A DNA stretch of 64,000 bases from Alphaproteobacteria bacterium (GTDB lineage Bacteria; Pseudomonadota; Alphaproteobacteria; MPNO01; UBA830), in contig OZ251539.1 in NCBI GenBank assembly GCA_965243135.1, forward strand, positions 1-64,000, given 5' to 3'. How positions within the stretch are numbered: the first letter of the stretch is position 1; each line of letters starts with the position of its first letter. Below the pieces are notes generated by a model. That model was not told the DNA's origin and ran no database searches. It saw nothing but the letters and a program-made list of their open reading frames with translations. Shown here piece by piece: positions 21,940 through 31,974 of the stretch. The position numbers were made by a program, and so were the translations under genes.

Positions 21940-22071
21940 GGTGCCCCTTCAAGTTTGAAGCGCAACGCGCGCGGTGGCTGACCGGCCGTTTGCATGTTGC
22001 GGAGAGGTCAGACGGGCGAGTTCAAAAACGGAGGTCAACGCCTGCCATCACTTGACCCGCGACGAACGTTG
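21940..22071 (+). mobile_element. IS30-family-like left-end remnant (copy a)
   Basis: IR-like GGTGCCCCTTCAAGTTTGAAGCGCAAC, then GGAGG and a degenerate transposase start ACHHLTRDER (IS30 N-terminal HLT.EER). Confidence 0.6.
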
Positions 22072-22074
22072 GCG

Positions 22075-22301
22075 GAAGGAAAGCGGCGAGGCCTGCCGCG
22101 ATGATCGTCGGCGCGCGGCTTTCCCTGGCGAGGGCGCTTGCCGTCGCGTTGCGTCGGCCCTGGTTTCCGCGGCGAGGGGGTCGACCTTGCCGTCGAGGCT
22201 CGCGAAGCCGGCGTCGTTGTCGACGCGCATCGCCTTTGGCGGCGGCGCCTTCCGTCGGCGGCCTCCAGGCTGCGCGTTGAGCGTGTCGAACGCGCTCGCC
22301 T
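22075..22301 (-). pseudogene. Decayed DUF1640-like gene (copy before paralog 3)
   Basis: SAFDTLNA / NDAGFASLDGKVDPLAAETRAD / TIIAAGLAAFL fragments. Confidence 0.6.
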
Positions 22302-22468
22302 CGGCGGGGCTTCCGCGGAGCGACAGGTTCGCTCGCCCCCGCGCTTTTCCCCGCCGCCCGCCCGTGCCGCCGCGGAAGCTGCCGGCTGCTTGTCGCGCGA
22401 CGCGGACGGGCCTGCCTCGCGGCTGCCGACTTCTTGACGGCTCCGGCGCGGCGGCCTACCCTCTTCAA

Positions 22469-24004
22469 ATGACGAAACGCATGCTTCCGATCGGCTTTTC
22501 CTCCCTCCGGGAGATCCGGGGGATGGACTGCTACTACGTCGACAAAACGGACCATGTGCGCCGCCTCGTCGAAAGGGGCAAGTACTATTTCCTGTCGCGT
22601 CCGCGCCGGTTCGGCAAGAGCCTCCTGGTGGACACGCTCCAGAAGCTGTTCGAGGGAAGCGAGGAGCTGTTCCGGGGCCTCGCCGTGCACGACGGATGGG
22701 ACTGGTCGGCGCGCAATCCGGTCGTGCGGCTGGATTTCGCCGGGGGCGATTTCGGCGACCCGGACGGGGTTCGGGAAGAAACGGAATCGCAACTGAAAGC
22801 GGCGGAGAGGTTGGCCGGCATCAAGCCGGGCAGCGCCAGAGTTTCGATCCGCTTCCGGGAACTGATCGCGGCCTTGCACGAGCGCACCGGACAGCGGACG
22901 GTCGTTCTGGTGGACGAATACGACAAGCCGATCCTCGACGCGCTCGGCGACCGGGATCTGGCGCGGGCCAACCGCGACTTCCTGCGCAGCCTGTACGGGG
23001 TGATCAAGGCCTGCGACGAGCAGCTCCGTTTCGTTTTCCTGACGGGGGTGAGCAAGTTCTCGAAAGCTGGCCTGTTCTCTGGCCTGAACAACCTGCGCGA
23101 CATCACGCTGGCGCCGGAGTTCTCGGACATCTGCGGCTACACGGACGCGGAGCTGGACGCGGTCTTCGCCCCGGAACTCGAGGGCCTGGACCGGGACGAG
23201 ATCCGCCGCTGGTACAACGGCTACAACTGGTGCGGGCCGGAGAAGATCTACAACCCGTTCGGCATCCTGCTGCTGCTCGCCGAGCGCAGGTTCGGCAACT
23301 ACTGGTTCGAGAGCGGCACGCCGACCTTCCTGATCGAGACGCTGACTCGCCGCGACCTGCCCACTCCCCGCCTGGACGGCATAACCGGCAGCGAGAGCCT
23401 GCTCTCGACCTTCGACGTGGACAATATCTCGGTCGAGGCGCTTCTGTTCCAGACCGGCTACCTCACCATCGCCGGCGAGGAGGACGGGCGCTACAGGCTG
23501 GACTACCCGAACCTCGAGGTGCGCCAGAGCCTGGGCGAGGCCCTGCTGGGAGAACTGCTCCCGGCCGAGGCCCGCGAGGAGACGGAGAACCTGCGGCTGG
23601 GCGAACTGCTGGAGGCGAACGACTTCAAGCGTCTCGAAACCCTGTTCCGCGGCATTTTCGCCGCCATCCCGCACCAGTGGTACATGAACAGCCCGGTCGC
23701 GAAGTACGAGGCCCACTACGCGAGCGTCATCCACAGCTGCTTCCTGATGGAGGGCCTCGAGCCGGTGGCCGAGGACAGCGGCAGCCGGGGGCGTGCCGAC
23801 ATGGCGATCCGCGCCGGCGGGCGCGTCTACCTGTTCGAGTTCAAGGTGGTGGAGCGCGGACGGGAGGGGATCGCGCTCGCGCAACTGCGGGAGAAGGGCT
23901 ATGCGGACAAGTACCGCCGTCTCGGGCGTTCGGTCCACCTGGTCGGGGTGGAGTTCAGCCGCGAGGAGCGCAACGTCGTCGGCTTCGATTGCGAGCCCGC
24001 CTGA
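22469..24004 (+). CDS. AAA-ATPase-like + PD-(D/E)XK nuclease, paralog 3
   Basis: Same motifs; Walker A RRFGKS. Confidence 0.92.
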   Translation: MTKRMLPIGFSSLREIRGMDCYYVDKTDHVRRLVERGKYYFLSRPRRFGKSLLVDTLQKLFEGSEELFRGLAVHDGWDWSARNPVVRLDFAGGDFGDPDGVREETESQLKAAERLAGIKPGSARVSIRFRELIAALHERTGQRTVVLVDEYDKPILDALGDRDLARANRDFLRSLYGVIKACDEQLRFVFLTGVSKFSKAGLFSGLNNLRDITLAPEFSDICGYTDAELDAVFAPELEGLDRDEIRRWYNGYNWCGPEKIYNPFGILLLLAERRFGNYWFESGTPTFLIETLTRRDLPTPRLDGITGSESLLSTFDVDNISVEALLFQTGYLTIAGEEDGRYRLDYPNLEVRQSLGEALLGELLPAEAREETENLRLGELLEANDFKRLETLFRGIFAAIPHQWYMNSPVAKYEAHYASVIHSCFLMEGLEPVAEDSGSRGRADMAIRAGGRVYLFEFKVVERGREGIALAQLREKGYADKYRRLGRSVHLVGVEFSREERNVVGFDCEPA

Positions 24005-24189
24005 ACGGCTTCCCGTCACGGCCGCCTCCGCGAAAGAACGCCGCGCGGTTCGGCCTGCGGCGGCAGCCGGTTCCGCCGGTTCGTTGCGCGGCTTGACGGG
24101 CCGCCCGGCCGAAAAGGCCGCCTCGGGGCCGGCGGCGTTTCCCTGCAGGCTTCGCGGGCCGGCGCCCGTTTGACGATGCCGGGAGGCAA

Positions 24190-24321
24190 GGCGCCCCTTC
24201 AAGTTTGAAGCGCAACGCGCGCGGTGGCTGACCGGCCGTTTGCATGTTGCGGAGAGGTCAGGCGGGCGAGTTCAAAAACGGAGGCCAACGCCTGCCGTCA
24301 CCTGACCCGCGACGAACGTTG
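24190..24321 (+). mobile_element. IS30-family-like left-end remnant (copy b)
   Basis: Near-identical to 21940-22071; ACRHLTRDER. Confidence 0.6.
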
Positions 24322-24324
24322 GCG

Positions 24325-24528
24325 GAAGGAAAGCGGCGAGGGCTGCCGCGATGATCGTCGGCGCGCGGCTTTCCTTGGCGAGGGCGTCGACCTTGCCGTC
24401 GAGGCTCGCGAAGCCGGTGTCGTTGTCGCCGCGCGTCGCCTTTGGCGGCGGTGCCGGCCGTCGGCGTTCGCTTCCGCCTGACGGCCTCCTGGCCGTGCGT
24501 TGAGCGTGTCGAACGTGCTTGCAACCAT
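24325..24528 (-). pseudogene. Decayed DUF1640-like gene (copy before paralog 4, retains ATG)
   Basis: MVASTFDTLNA..RQAEANADG then frameshifts; GFASLDGKVDAL. Confidence 0.6.
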
Positions 24529-24707
24529 GGTCGCCTACTGCGGGCGGGCTTCCCCGGAGCGACAGGTTCGCTCGCCCCCGCGCTTTTCCCCGCCGCCCGC
24601 CCGTGCCGCCGCGGAAGCTGCCGGCTGCTTGTCGCGCGACGCGGACGGGCCTGCCTCGCGGCTGCCGACTTCTTGACGGCTCCGGCGCGGCGGCCTACCC
24701 TCTTCAA

Positions 24708-26249
24708 ATGACGAAACGCATGCTTCCGATCGGCTTTTCCTCCCTCCGGGAGATCCGGGGGATGGACTGCTACTACGTCGACAAGACGGACCATGTGCGC
24801 CGCCTCGTCGAAAGGGGCAAGTACTATTTCCTGTCGCGTCCGCGCCGGTTCGGCAAGAGCCTCCTGGTGGACACGCTCCAGAAGCTGTTCGAGGGAAGCG
24901 AGGAGCTGTTCCGGGGCCTCGCCGTGCACGGCGGATGGGACTGGTCGGCGCGCAATCCGGTCGTGCGGCTGGATTTCGCCGGGGGCGATTTCGGCGACCC
25001 GGACGGGGTTCGGGAGACCGTGGAAGCGCAGCTGGAAGAGACGGAGATGCAGGCCGGCCTCGAACCGGGCCCCGCCGGGGCGGCGATCCGTTTCCGGCGC
25101 CTGATAAGGACGCTGCACGAGCGCACCGGGCAGCGGGCGGTCGTTCTGGTGGACGAATACGACAAGCCGATCCTGGACGCGCTCGGCGACCGGGAACTGG
25201 CGCTGGCCAACCGCGACTTCCTGCGCAGCCTGTACGGGGTGCTCAAGGCCTGCGACGAGCAGCTCCGTTTCGTTTTCCTGACGGGGGTGAGCAAATTTTC
25301 GCAGGCGGGCCTGTTCTCGGGCCTGAACAACCTGCGCGACATCACCCTCGATCCGCGGTTCGGCGCCATCTGCGGCTACACGGACGCGGAGCTGGACGCG
25401 GTCTTCGCCCCGGAACTCGAGGGCCTGGACCGGGACGAGATCCGCCGCTGGTACAACGGCTACAACTGGCGCGGCGCGGACAAGCTCTACAACCCGTTCG
25501 ACATCCTCCTTCTCTTCGAAACGCGCGAGTTCGGCAACCACTGGTTCCTGAGCGGCACGCCGACCTTCCTGGTCGAGACGCTGACGCGCCGCAACCTGCC
25601 AACTCCCCGCCTGGACGGCATGATCGGCAGCGAGAACCTGCTCTCGACCTTCGACGTGGACAGGATCTCGGTCGAGGCGCTGCTGTTCCAGACCGGCTAC
25701 CTCACCATCGCCGGCGAGGAGGACGGCGGGAGACGTTACAGGCTGGACTACCCGAACCTCGAGGTGCGTCAAAGCCTGGGCGAAGCCCTGCTGGGAGAAT
25801 TGCTCCCGAACGAGGCCCGCGAGGAAACGGAGAACCTGCGGCTGGGCGAATTGTTGGAAGCGAACGACTTCGAGCGCATCGGGACCCTGTTCCGCGGCGT
25901 CTTCGCCGCCATTCCGCACCAGTGGTACATGAACAGCCCGGTCGCGAAATACGAGGCCCACTACGCGAGCGTCATCCACAGCTGCTTCCTGATGGAGGGC
26001 CTCGAGCCGGTGGCCGAGGACAGCGGCAGCCGGGGGCGCGCCGACATGGCGATCCGCGCCGGCGGGCGCGTCTACCTGTTCGAGTTCAAGGTGGTGGAGC
26101 GCGGGCGGGAGGGGACCGCGCTCGCGCAGCTGCGGGAGAAGGGCTACGCGGACAAGTACCGCCGTCTCGGACGTTCGGTCCACCTGATCGGGGTGGAGTT
26201 CAGTCGCGAAGAGCGCAACGTCGTCGGGTTCGATTGCGAGACCGCCTGA
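24708..26249 (+). CDS. AAA-ATPase-like + PD-(D/E)XK nuclease, paralog 4
   Basis: Same motifs. Confidence 0.92.
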   Translation: MTKRMLPIGFSSLREIRGMDCYYVDKTDHVRRLVERGKYYFLSRPRRFGKSLLVDTLQKLFEGSEELFRGLAVHGGWDWSARNPVVRLDFAGGDFGDPDGVRETVEAQLEETEMQAGLEPGPAGAAIRFRRLIRTLHERTGQRAVVLVDEYDKPILDALGDRELALANRDFLRSLYGVLKACDEQLRFVFLTGVSKFSQAGLFSGLNNLRDITLDPRFGAICGYTDAELDAVFAPELEGLDRDEIRRWYNGYNWRGADKLYNPFDILLLFETREFGNHWFLSGTPTFLVETLTRRNLPTPRLDGMIGSENLLSTFDVDRISVEALLFQTGYLTIAGEEDGGRRYRLDYPNLEVRQSLGEALLGELLPNEAREETENLRLGELLEANDFERIGTLFRGVFAAIPHQWYMNSPVAKYEAHYASVIHSCFLMEGLEPVAEDSGSRGRADMAIRAGGRVYLFEFKVVERGREGTALAQLREKGYADKYRRLGRSVHLIGVEFSREERNVVGFDCETA

Positions 26250-26445
26250 ACGGCTTCCCGTCACGGCCGCCTCCGCGAAAGAACGCCGCCCGCGGTTCGG
26301 CCTGCGGCGGCCGGTTCCGCCGGTTCGTCGCGCGGCTTGACGGGCCGCCCGGCCGAGGAGGCCGCCTCGGGGTCGGCGGCGTCTCCCTGCAGGCTTCGCG
26401 GGCCGGGAATGACACCTGTTCGACGATGCCGGGGCCGGGAAGCAA

Positions 26446-26578
26446 GGTGCCTCTTCAAGTTTGAAGCGCAACGCGCGCGGTGGCTGACCGACCGTTTGCA
26501 TGTTGCGGAGAGGTCAGGCGGGCGAGTTCAAAAACGGAGGCCAACGCCTGCCGTCACCTGACCCGCGATGAACGTTGG
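26446..26578 (+). mobile_element. IS30-family-like left-end remnant (copy c)
   Basis: GGTGCCTCTTCAAGTTTGAAGCGCAAC ... ACRHLTRDER. Confidence 0.6.
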
Positions 26579-26579
26579 C

Positions 26580-26807
26580 AGAAGGAAAGCGGCGAGGCCT
26601 GCCGCGACGATCGTCGGCGCGCGGCTTTCCCTGGCGAGGGCGCTTGCCGTCGAGTTGCGTCGGCCCTGGTTTCCGCGGCGAGGGGGCCGACCTTGCCGTC
26701 GAGGCTCGCGAAGCCGGCGCCGTTGTCGACGCGCATCGCCTTTGGCGGCGTCGCCTTCCGTCGGCGGCCTCCAGGCCGCGCGTTGAACGTGTCGAACGCG
26801 CTCGCCT
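26580..26807 (-). pseudogene. Decayed DUF1640-like gene (copy before irr)
   Basis: SAFDTFNA / AGFASLDGKVGPLAAETRAD fragments. Confidence 0.55.
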
Positions 26808-26990
26808 CAACGGGGCAGGATTTCCGCGGAGCGACAGGTTCGCTCGCCCCCGCGCTTTTCCCCGCCCGCCGCCCGTGCCGCCGCGGAAACTGCCGGCTGC
26901 TTGCCGCGCCAGGGGACGCAGTGTGGGACAGGCCTGTCTCGACGGCCCGGCGGTCTTTACAATCCTGCCGTGACGGTCTAGGCTCCAATC

Positions 26991-27413
26991 ATGAACGCGC
27001 TCGGCAACGGAAAGCCCGATCCTGCCGCCGCGAGGCTCAGGGACGCGGGACTGCGTCAGACGCGGCAGCGGCGGGCGCTTGCGAATCTCCTGTTCGCGGG
27101 CGGAAACCGTCACGTCACGGCGGAAGAACTGCACGCGGAGGTCACGGGCGCCGGAATCGGCGTTTCGTTGGCGACCGTCTACAACGTTCTCAGGCAGTTC
27201 ACCGAGGCGGGCCTGCTGCGACAGGTCGTGGTGGAGGCGGGCCGCACGTATTTCGACACCAACGTCGCCGAACATCATCACTTTTTTCACGAGGATTCCG
27301 GGCGACTGGAAGACATCCCGGACGGCGGGGTCGAGCTGAGTTCGATGCCGCCGGTTCCCTCGGGCAAGCTCGTCCGCCGGGTGGATATCGTGATCCGGGT
27401 GAATGAAAACTGA
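26991..27413 (+). CDS. irr: Fur-family iron response regulator Irr
   Basis: GLRQTRQR, HVTAEELH, SLATVYN.L.QF, YFDTN..EHHHFF. Confidence 0.88.
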   Translation: MNALGNGKPDPAAARLRDAGLRQTRQRRALANLLFAGGNRHVTAEELHAEVTGAGIGVSLATVYNVLRQFTEAGLLRQVVVEAGRTYFDTNVAEHHHFFHEDSGRLEDIPDGGVELSSMPPVPSGKLVRRVDIVIRVNEN

Positions 27414-27462
27414 TTTAGAACCCTTCTAATCTATTGACGGCGTCGCCGTTCGTGACTATATT
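27414..27462 (+). promoter_or_regulatory. Irr ICE-box-like palindrome plus sigma70 promoter of rubrerythrin operon
   Basis: TTTAGAA-ccc-TTCTAAT (27414-27430) directly upstream of TTGACG-17-TATATT. Confidence 0.72.
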
Positions 27463-27509
27463 GTCGTTCAGTCGCCGTCGAATGGCGCAACCCGAACGAG
27501 GAGAACGAC

Positions 27510-27929
27510 ATGCCGTCACTTGCCGGAACCAAGACCGAGCAAAACCTGAAAGACGCTTTCGCCGGGGAATCCCAGGCGAATCGTCGCTATCTCTACTTCG
27601 CGCAGAAGGCCGACATCGAGGGCTACAACGACGTGGCCGCGGTCTTCCGGTCGACCGCCGAAGGCGAAACCGGGCACGCGCACGGCCATCTCGAGTACCT
27701 CGAGGAAGTCGGCGATCCCGCGACGGGCGAACCGATCGGCACGACTTCGAACAACCTGAAGGCCGCCGTCGCCGGCGAAACGCACGAATACACCGACATG
27801 TATCCGGGCATGGCGCGCGACGCCCGGGAAGAAGGTTTCGAAGAGGTCGCGGACTGGTTCGAGACGCTGGCCAAGGCCGAACGCTCCCACGCGGGCCGGT
27901 TCCAGAAGGCTCTCGGCGAACTCGCCTGA
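27510..27929 (+). CDS. rbr: Rubrerythrin (short, aerobic type)
   Basis: [38 protein letters not shown]. Confidence 0.93.
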   Translation: MPSLAGTKTEQNLKDAFAGESQANRRYLYFAQKADIEGYNDVAAVFRSTAEGETGHAHGHLEYLEEVGDPATGEPIGTTSNNLKAAVAGETHEYTDMYPGMARDAREEGFEEVADWFETLAKAERSHAGRFQKALGELA

Positions 27930-27999
27930 CCCGAAGACGGGACGGCGGCCGGACGAAGCGGCGGCCGTTCCGACCCCAACCCCGAACCGAGAAGCGCAA

Positions 28000-29313
28000 A
28001 TGTCCGAAGGCGGCCTGGGCGCCCCCGAGCGTCACCCCGTTCCCTGGCGGGATCCCGAATTCTACGATCCGGAGAAACTCGACGCGGAAATGCGACGGCA
28101 GTTCGACGTCTGTCACGGCTGTCGGCGCTGCCACAATCTGTGCGATTCGTTCCCGCGCCTGTTCGACCTCGTCGACGAGGCCGAGAGCATGGAGCTCGAT
28201 ACCGTCGATTCCGCGGACTTCAAGCAGGTGGTCGATGCCTGCACGCTCTGCGACATGTGCTTCATGACGAAATGTCCCTACGTTCCGCCGCATGAGTTCA
28301 ATCTGGACCTGCCGCACCTGATGCTGCGCTACCGGGCGGTCGAATTCGCCTCGGGCGAGGTCGGGTTCGTTGACAGGCAACTGGCGAAGACCGACCGGAA
28401 CGCCAAGCTTGCCGGACCGGTTGCGCCGCTCGCGAACTGGGCGACGCGCAAGGGAAATTCGCTCACCCGTCCCGCGCTGCAGGCGGTCGCCGGCATTCAC
28501 GTCGAAGCCGCGATCCCGAAATATCACGGCCGAACCCTGACGGCCCGCTCGCCCGGCCGCGCCGCGCCGGCCGGCGGGCGCAAGGCCGTCGTCTACGCGA
28601 CCTGTTTCGTCAATTACAACGATCCCGCTCTTGGCGAAGACGCGCTGGAGGTGCTGGCCAGAAACGGCGTCGAGACGAAGGTCCTGCATCCTTCCTGTTG
28701 CGCCATGCCCAAGCTGGAACAGGGCGACATCGAAGGCGTCGTTCGAAACGCCGAGCGGGTCGCAGGCGAATTCCGTCCATGGATCGAGGAGGGTTACGAA
28801 GTCGTCGCCCTGACCCCTAGTTGCGCGCTGATGCTCAAATCCGAATGGCCCCTTCTGCTGCCGGAGAACGAGGACGTTCGCCGGCTCTCGGAAGCCTGCC
28901 GCGACGTCAGCGAGTATATCGTCGACCTTGCGCGGGACCCCGGACTGGCGGAGGGGCTGAAGCCGCTGGACGGCGCCGTGACGGTTCATCTGTCCTGTCA
29001 CGCCCGCGCCCAGAACATGGGTCGCAAGGCGGTCGATCTGCTGAACCTGATCCCGGATATCGAGATCGAGGTCGTCGAGCGGTGTTCCGGCCACGGCGGG
29101 CTTTGGGGAATGAAGAAGGACAATCACGCGACGGCGGCGAAGGTCGGCAAGCCGGCCGCGCGGCGCGCCCTCGAAACCGGCGCGCGGTACGTCGTGTCCG
29201 AATGCCCTCTGGCGGGCGCGCATCTGCATCAGGGCATGGAACGCATCGGAAAGCCGGCGGCGGAGCACGTTCCGCACCCTGTCCGGCTGCTCGCCCGAGC
29301 CTATCGGAGTTGA
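28000..29313 (+). CDS. Fe-S oxidoreductase (GlpC/Hdr-like, CCG domains), rubrerythrin-associated
   Basis: [41 protein letters not shown]. Confidence 0.88.
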   Translation: MSEGGLGAPERHPVPWRDPEFYDPEKLDAEMRRQFDVCHGCRRCHNLCDSFPRLFDLVDEAESMELDTVDSADFKQVVDACTLCDMCFMTKCPYVPPHEFNLDLPHLMLRYRAVEFASGEVGFVDRQLAKTDRNAKLAGPVAPLANWATRKGNSLTRPALQAVAGIHVEAAIPKYHGRTLTARSPGRAAPAGGRKAVVYATCFVNYNDPALGEDALEVLARNGVETKVLHPSCCAMPKLEQGDIEGVVRNAERVAGEFRPWIEEGYEVVALTPSCALMLKSEWPLLLPENEDVRRLSEACRDVSEYIVDLARDPGLAEGLKPLDGAVTVHLSCHARAQNMGRKAVDLLNLIPDIEIEVVERCSGHGGLWGMKKDNHATAAKVGKPAARRALETGARYVVSECPLAGAHLHQGMERIGKPAAEHVPHPVRLLARAYRS

Positions 29314-29317
29314 GCCG

Positions 29318-29899
29318 ATGCCGAGGGAAATTACGCGCGCCGACATTCTGCCGATGGAGCGGTACGAGGCGGAGCGGAAGGCGCGGCGCCGGACGGCGAT
29401 GGAGCTGAAGCGGAACAGGCGTATGGAGGTCGGTCCGTACGCCACGTTCTATTTCGAGAACTACGATACGATGCTGTATCAGGTTCACGAAATGCTCTAC
29501 ATCGAAAAAGGCGGAGAGAGCCAGATCGGGGACGAACTCGCGGCGTACAATCCGCTGATTCCCGACGGGCGCGAATTGGTCGCCACGGTCATGTTCGAGA
29601 TCGGCGACGCGGCGCGGAGGGCGCGCTTGCTGGCGCAGCTGGGCGGCGTCGAGGAAGCGATGTCGATGATCGTGGACGGCGTCGATATCGCCGGCGCGGC
29701 CGAGGGCGACCGCACGGACGCTTCAGGGAAAGCCTCGTCCGTTCAGTTCCTGCGTTTTCCTTTCTCCGACCGGGACGTACGGCGTTTGCGGGACGGCGTC
29801 GGAGAGATCGTGGTTGCGATAGATCACCCGAACTACGGTCACCGAGCGGTCATGCCGGACGAGGTCCGCAGGGCGCTGGCCGGCGATTTCGACGCCTGA
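29318..29899 (+). CDS. DUF3501 family protein
   Basis: FYFEN.DT..YQVHEMLYIEKGG..ELAAYNPLIP, KASSVQFLRF, DHPNY; typical third gene of this cluster. Confidence 0.85.
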   Translation: MPREITRADILPMERYEAERKARRRTAMELKRNRRMEVGPYATFYFENYDTMLYQVHEMLYIEKGGESQIGDELAAYNPLIPDGRELVATVMFEIGDAARRARLLAQLGGVEEAMSMIVDGVDIAGAAEGDRTDASGKASSVQFLRFPFSDRDVRRLRDGVGEIVVAIDHPNYGHRAVMPDEVRRALAGDFDA

Positions 29900-29911
29900 G
29901 GCCGGCCCGGC

Positions 29912-30397
29912 TCAGTTCAGGACTTCTTCCGCCCGGATACCCCAGACATGGACGCGGCGAATCCAGCCGCGGCGTTCGGCGATCTCCAGTCGGCACCACT
30001 CGTCGGGGCATTTGAGAACGCGCCCGATAACGCTTTCCTCGACGCGGGCGATCGCGAGCGCCGACGGATCGGGGTCGCTTCGCAGAATCGGCAGGCCGCG
30101 CTTCACGATGACCGTGCGCTGACCCGACAGCATGGCGCGGTGAATCCAGCCCTCCGTGCCCCGCCAGTCCCGTATCCGGCGCCAGTGTTCGAATTCCGAA
30201 ACGATCTCCACCGGCAATCCGCGGCGCAGGAATATCCAATCGACGGGATAGCGTTGCCCCGGTCCCGTTCGCAGATAGACCTTTTCCGCCTTGAGCGAAG
30301 CGAAACGCGGCAAGGGAAGCCCCGTTTCGGCCAAGAGCGGCTGGGTTGCGGCCAGTAGAAGCAAGCAACCGGCAGCCTTTGTCATAAACGCCCGCAT
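29912..30397 (-). CDS. Bacterial SH3 domain protein (two SH3_4-like domains)
   Basis: TGLPLPRFASL, RTGPGQRYP, WRRIRD..GTEGWIH; TATAAT-6 nt-ATG. Confidence 0.85.
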   Translation of the reverse strand: MRAFMTKAAGCLLLLAATQPLLAETGLPLPRFASLKAEKVYLRTGPGQRYPVDWIFLRRGLPVEIVSEFEHWRRIRDWRGTEGWIHRAMLSGQRTVIVKRGLPILRSDPDPSALAIARVEESVIGRVLKCPDEWCRLEIAERRGWIRRVHVWGIRAEEVLN

Positions 30398-30478
30398 GAT
30401 GTCATTATACATCGTCTAACGTGCGGTCTCTACGGTCCCGACCGCGCCGCGCGCCGGTTTGTGGCAAGGAGGCATCAC

Positions 30479-31456
30479 ATGCGCAACAGGCCCGTCGTCG
30501 TCGTCACGCGCGCTCTGCCCCGGGATATCGAAACCCGGATGATGGAGCTGTTCGACGCTCGCCTCAACGCGGACGACAGGCCCATGACCGCCGACGAGAT
30601 CGCCGCCGCCGCCGAGGAAGCCGACGTTCTCGTTCCGACCGTGACCGACCGACTCGACGCCGATCTCGTGTCCCGGCTGTCCGGCACCGTGAAGTTGATC
30701 GCCAATTTCGGCGTCGGCGTGAATCACATCGATCTGGACGCCGCCGCCGCGCGCAGGATCGTCGTCACCAATACGCCGGGGGTGCTCACGGACGATACCG
30801 CGGACATGACGGTGGCCCTTCTTCTGGCCGCGCCGCGCCGGCTTGTGGAAGGGGATCGGCTCGTGCGGTCCGCCCGATGGGCGGGATGGTCTCCGACCTT
30901 CATGATCGGGCACCGGATTTCCGGCAAGCGGCTGGGGATCATCGGGATGGGCCGAATCGGCCAGGCGGTCGCCCGGCGGGTCCGGGGGTTCGGCATGACC
31001 GTGCATTACCACAACCGGCGGCGTCTGCATGCCGACATCGAAAGGGAACTCGAGGCGAACTACTGGGAAAGCCTCGACCAGATGCTGTCGCACATGGACT
31101 TCATCTCGATAAACTGTCCGCATACGAAGGAAACGCACCGGCTGCTGAACGAACAGCGCCTGAATTTGCTGAAGCCTCACGCCTTCGTCGTCAATACCGC
31201 GCGCGGGGAGATCGTCGACGAGGGGGCGCTGGCGCGGCTGCTCGGAGAAAGCCGGCTCGCGGGAGCCGGGCTGGACGTCTACGAGCGCGAGCCCGAGATC
31301 GAAGCCCGGCTGCTGACGCTCGACAACGTGGTGCTGGCGCCGCATCTGGGGTCGGCGACGCATGAAGGACGCGTCGCCATGGGCGAGAAGGTCATCGTCA
31401 ACATCAAGAGCTTCGTGGACAGGCACAGTCCGCCGGATCGCGTTTACGAGGTTTGA
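30479..31456 (+). CDS. D-2-hydroxyacid (D-glycerate/glyoxylate) dehydrogenase
   Basis: NTPGVLT, GIIGMGRIG, VNTARG, GLDVYE.EP, PHLGSAT. Confidence 0.92.
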   Translation: MRNRPVVVVTRALPRDIETRMMELFDARLNADDRPMTADEIAAAAEEADVLVPTVTDRLDADLVSRLSGTVKLIANFGVGVNHIDLDAAAARRIVVTNTPGVLTDDTADMTVALLLAAPRRLVEGDRLVRSARWAGWSPTFMIGHRISGKRLGIIGMGRIGQAVARRVRGFGMTVHYHNRRRLHADIERELEANYWESLDQMLSHMDFISINCPHTKETHRLLNEQRLNLLKPHAFVVNTARGEIVDEGALARLLGESRLAGAGLDVYEREPEIEARLLTLDNVVLAPHLGSATHEGRVAMGEKVIVNIKSFVDRHSPPDRVYEV

Positions 31457-31581
31457 CCGCGTCGGCGTTCCGCTTGACGGAATCGGTCCGCGAGGCCCGC
31501 GACGTGCCGCGTTCGCGGATCCTTTCGTTCCGGGAGCGGCGGCGCGCTGCGCCGAACGAACGACCCGCCGCCCCCGGTCGA

Positions 31582-31974
31582 TCAAACGTAGAGCATCGCC
31601 CCGTTCCGGGAGGCGTCCGCGAGGAAGCTGACGGCGCTGCCCTCCGCGATCGGCACGTCGTCGCGCAGCATGCCGGGCGCTAGCCCGGCTGCCCGCAGGC
31701 CCATCTCGCAGACCATGAATCTGCCGTCGAGCTCGACGCAGGCGCTCAGAAGCTCCTCGAACGTCGCCAGTTTGGCCGCCGCGAGCTCGGCTTCCCGATC
31801 TCGGTCGGCCCACCCCGGAGTCAGGGCCTTCGTCCCCTCCATCGTGAAGAACAGCGTTACCGGCTTGCCGATCGCAAGAGCCGCGCTGGCGAGCGCGAGG
31901 GCGTAATGCACGCGTCCGTGATCTCCAGACTGGATGATCAGGGACAGTTTATCGGGAGACGTCGTCTCGGTCAT
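31582..31974 (-). CDS. DsrE/DsrF-like (peroxiredoxin-related) protein
   Basis: LSLIIQSGD..RVHYAL..ASAA.A.GKPVTLFFT, FMVCEMGL. Confidence 0.8.
   Translation of the reverse strand: MTETTSPDKLSLIIQSGDHGRVHYALALASAALAIGKPVTLFFTMEGTKALTPGWADRDREAELAAAKLATFEELLSACVELDGRFMVCEMGLRAAGLAPGMLRDDVPIAEGSAVSFLADASRNGAMLYV

Noticed and set aside
18463-26249. Diversity-generating retroelement as source of AAA paralog variation
   Set aside because: No reverse transcriptase in the window, no TR/VR pair, and the differences are block-wise rather than adenine-specific
19990-26940. CRISPR-like array in the repeated spacers
   Set aside because: The repeats are hundreds of bp long and kb apart, with no short repeat/unique spacer periodicity and no cas genes
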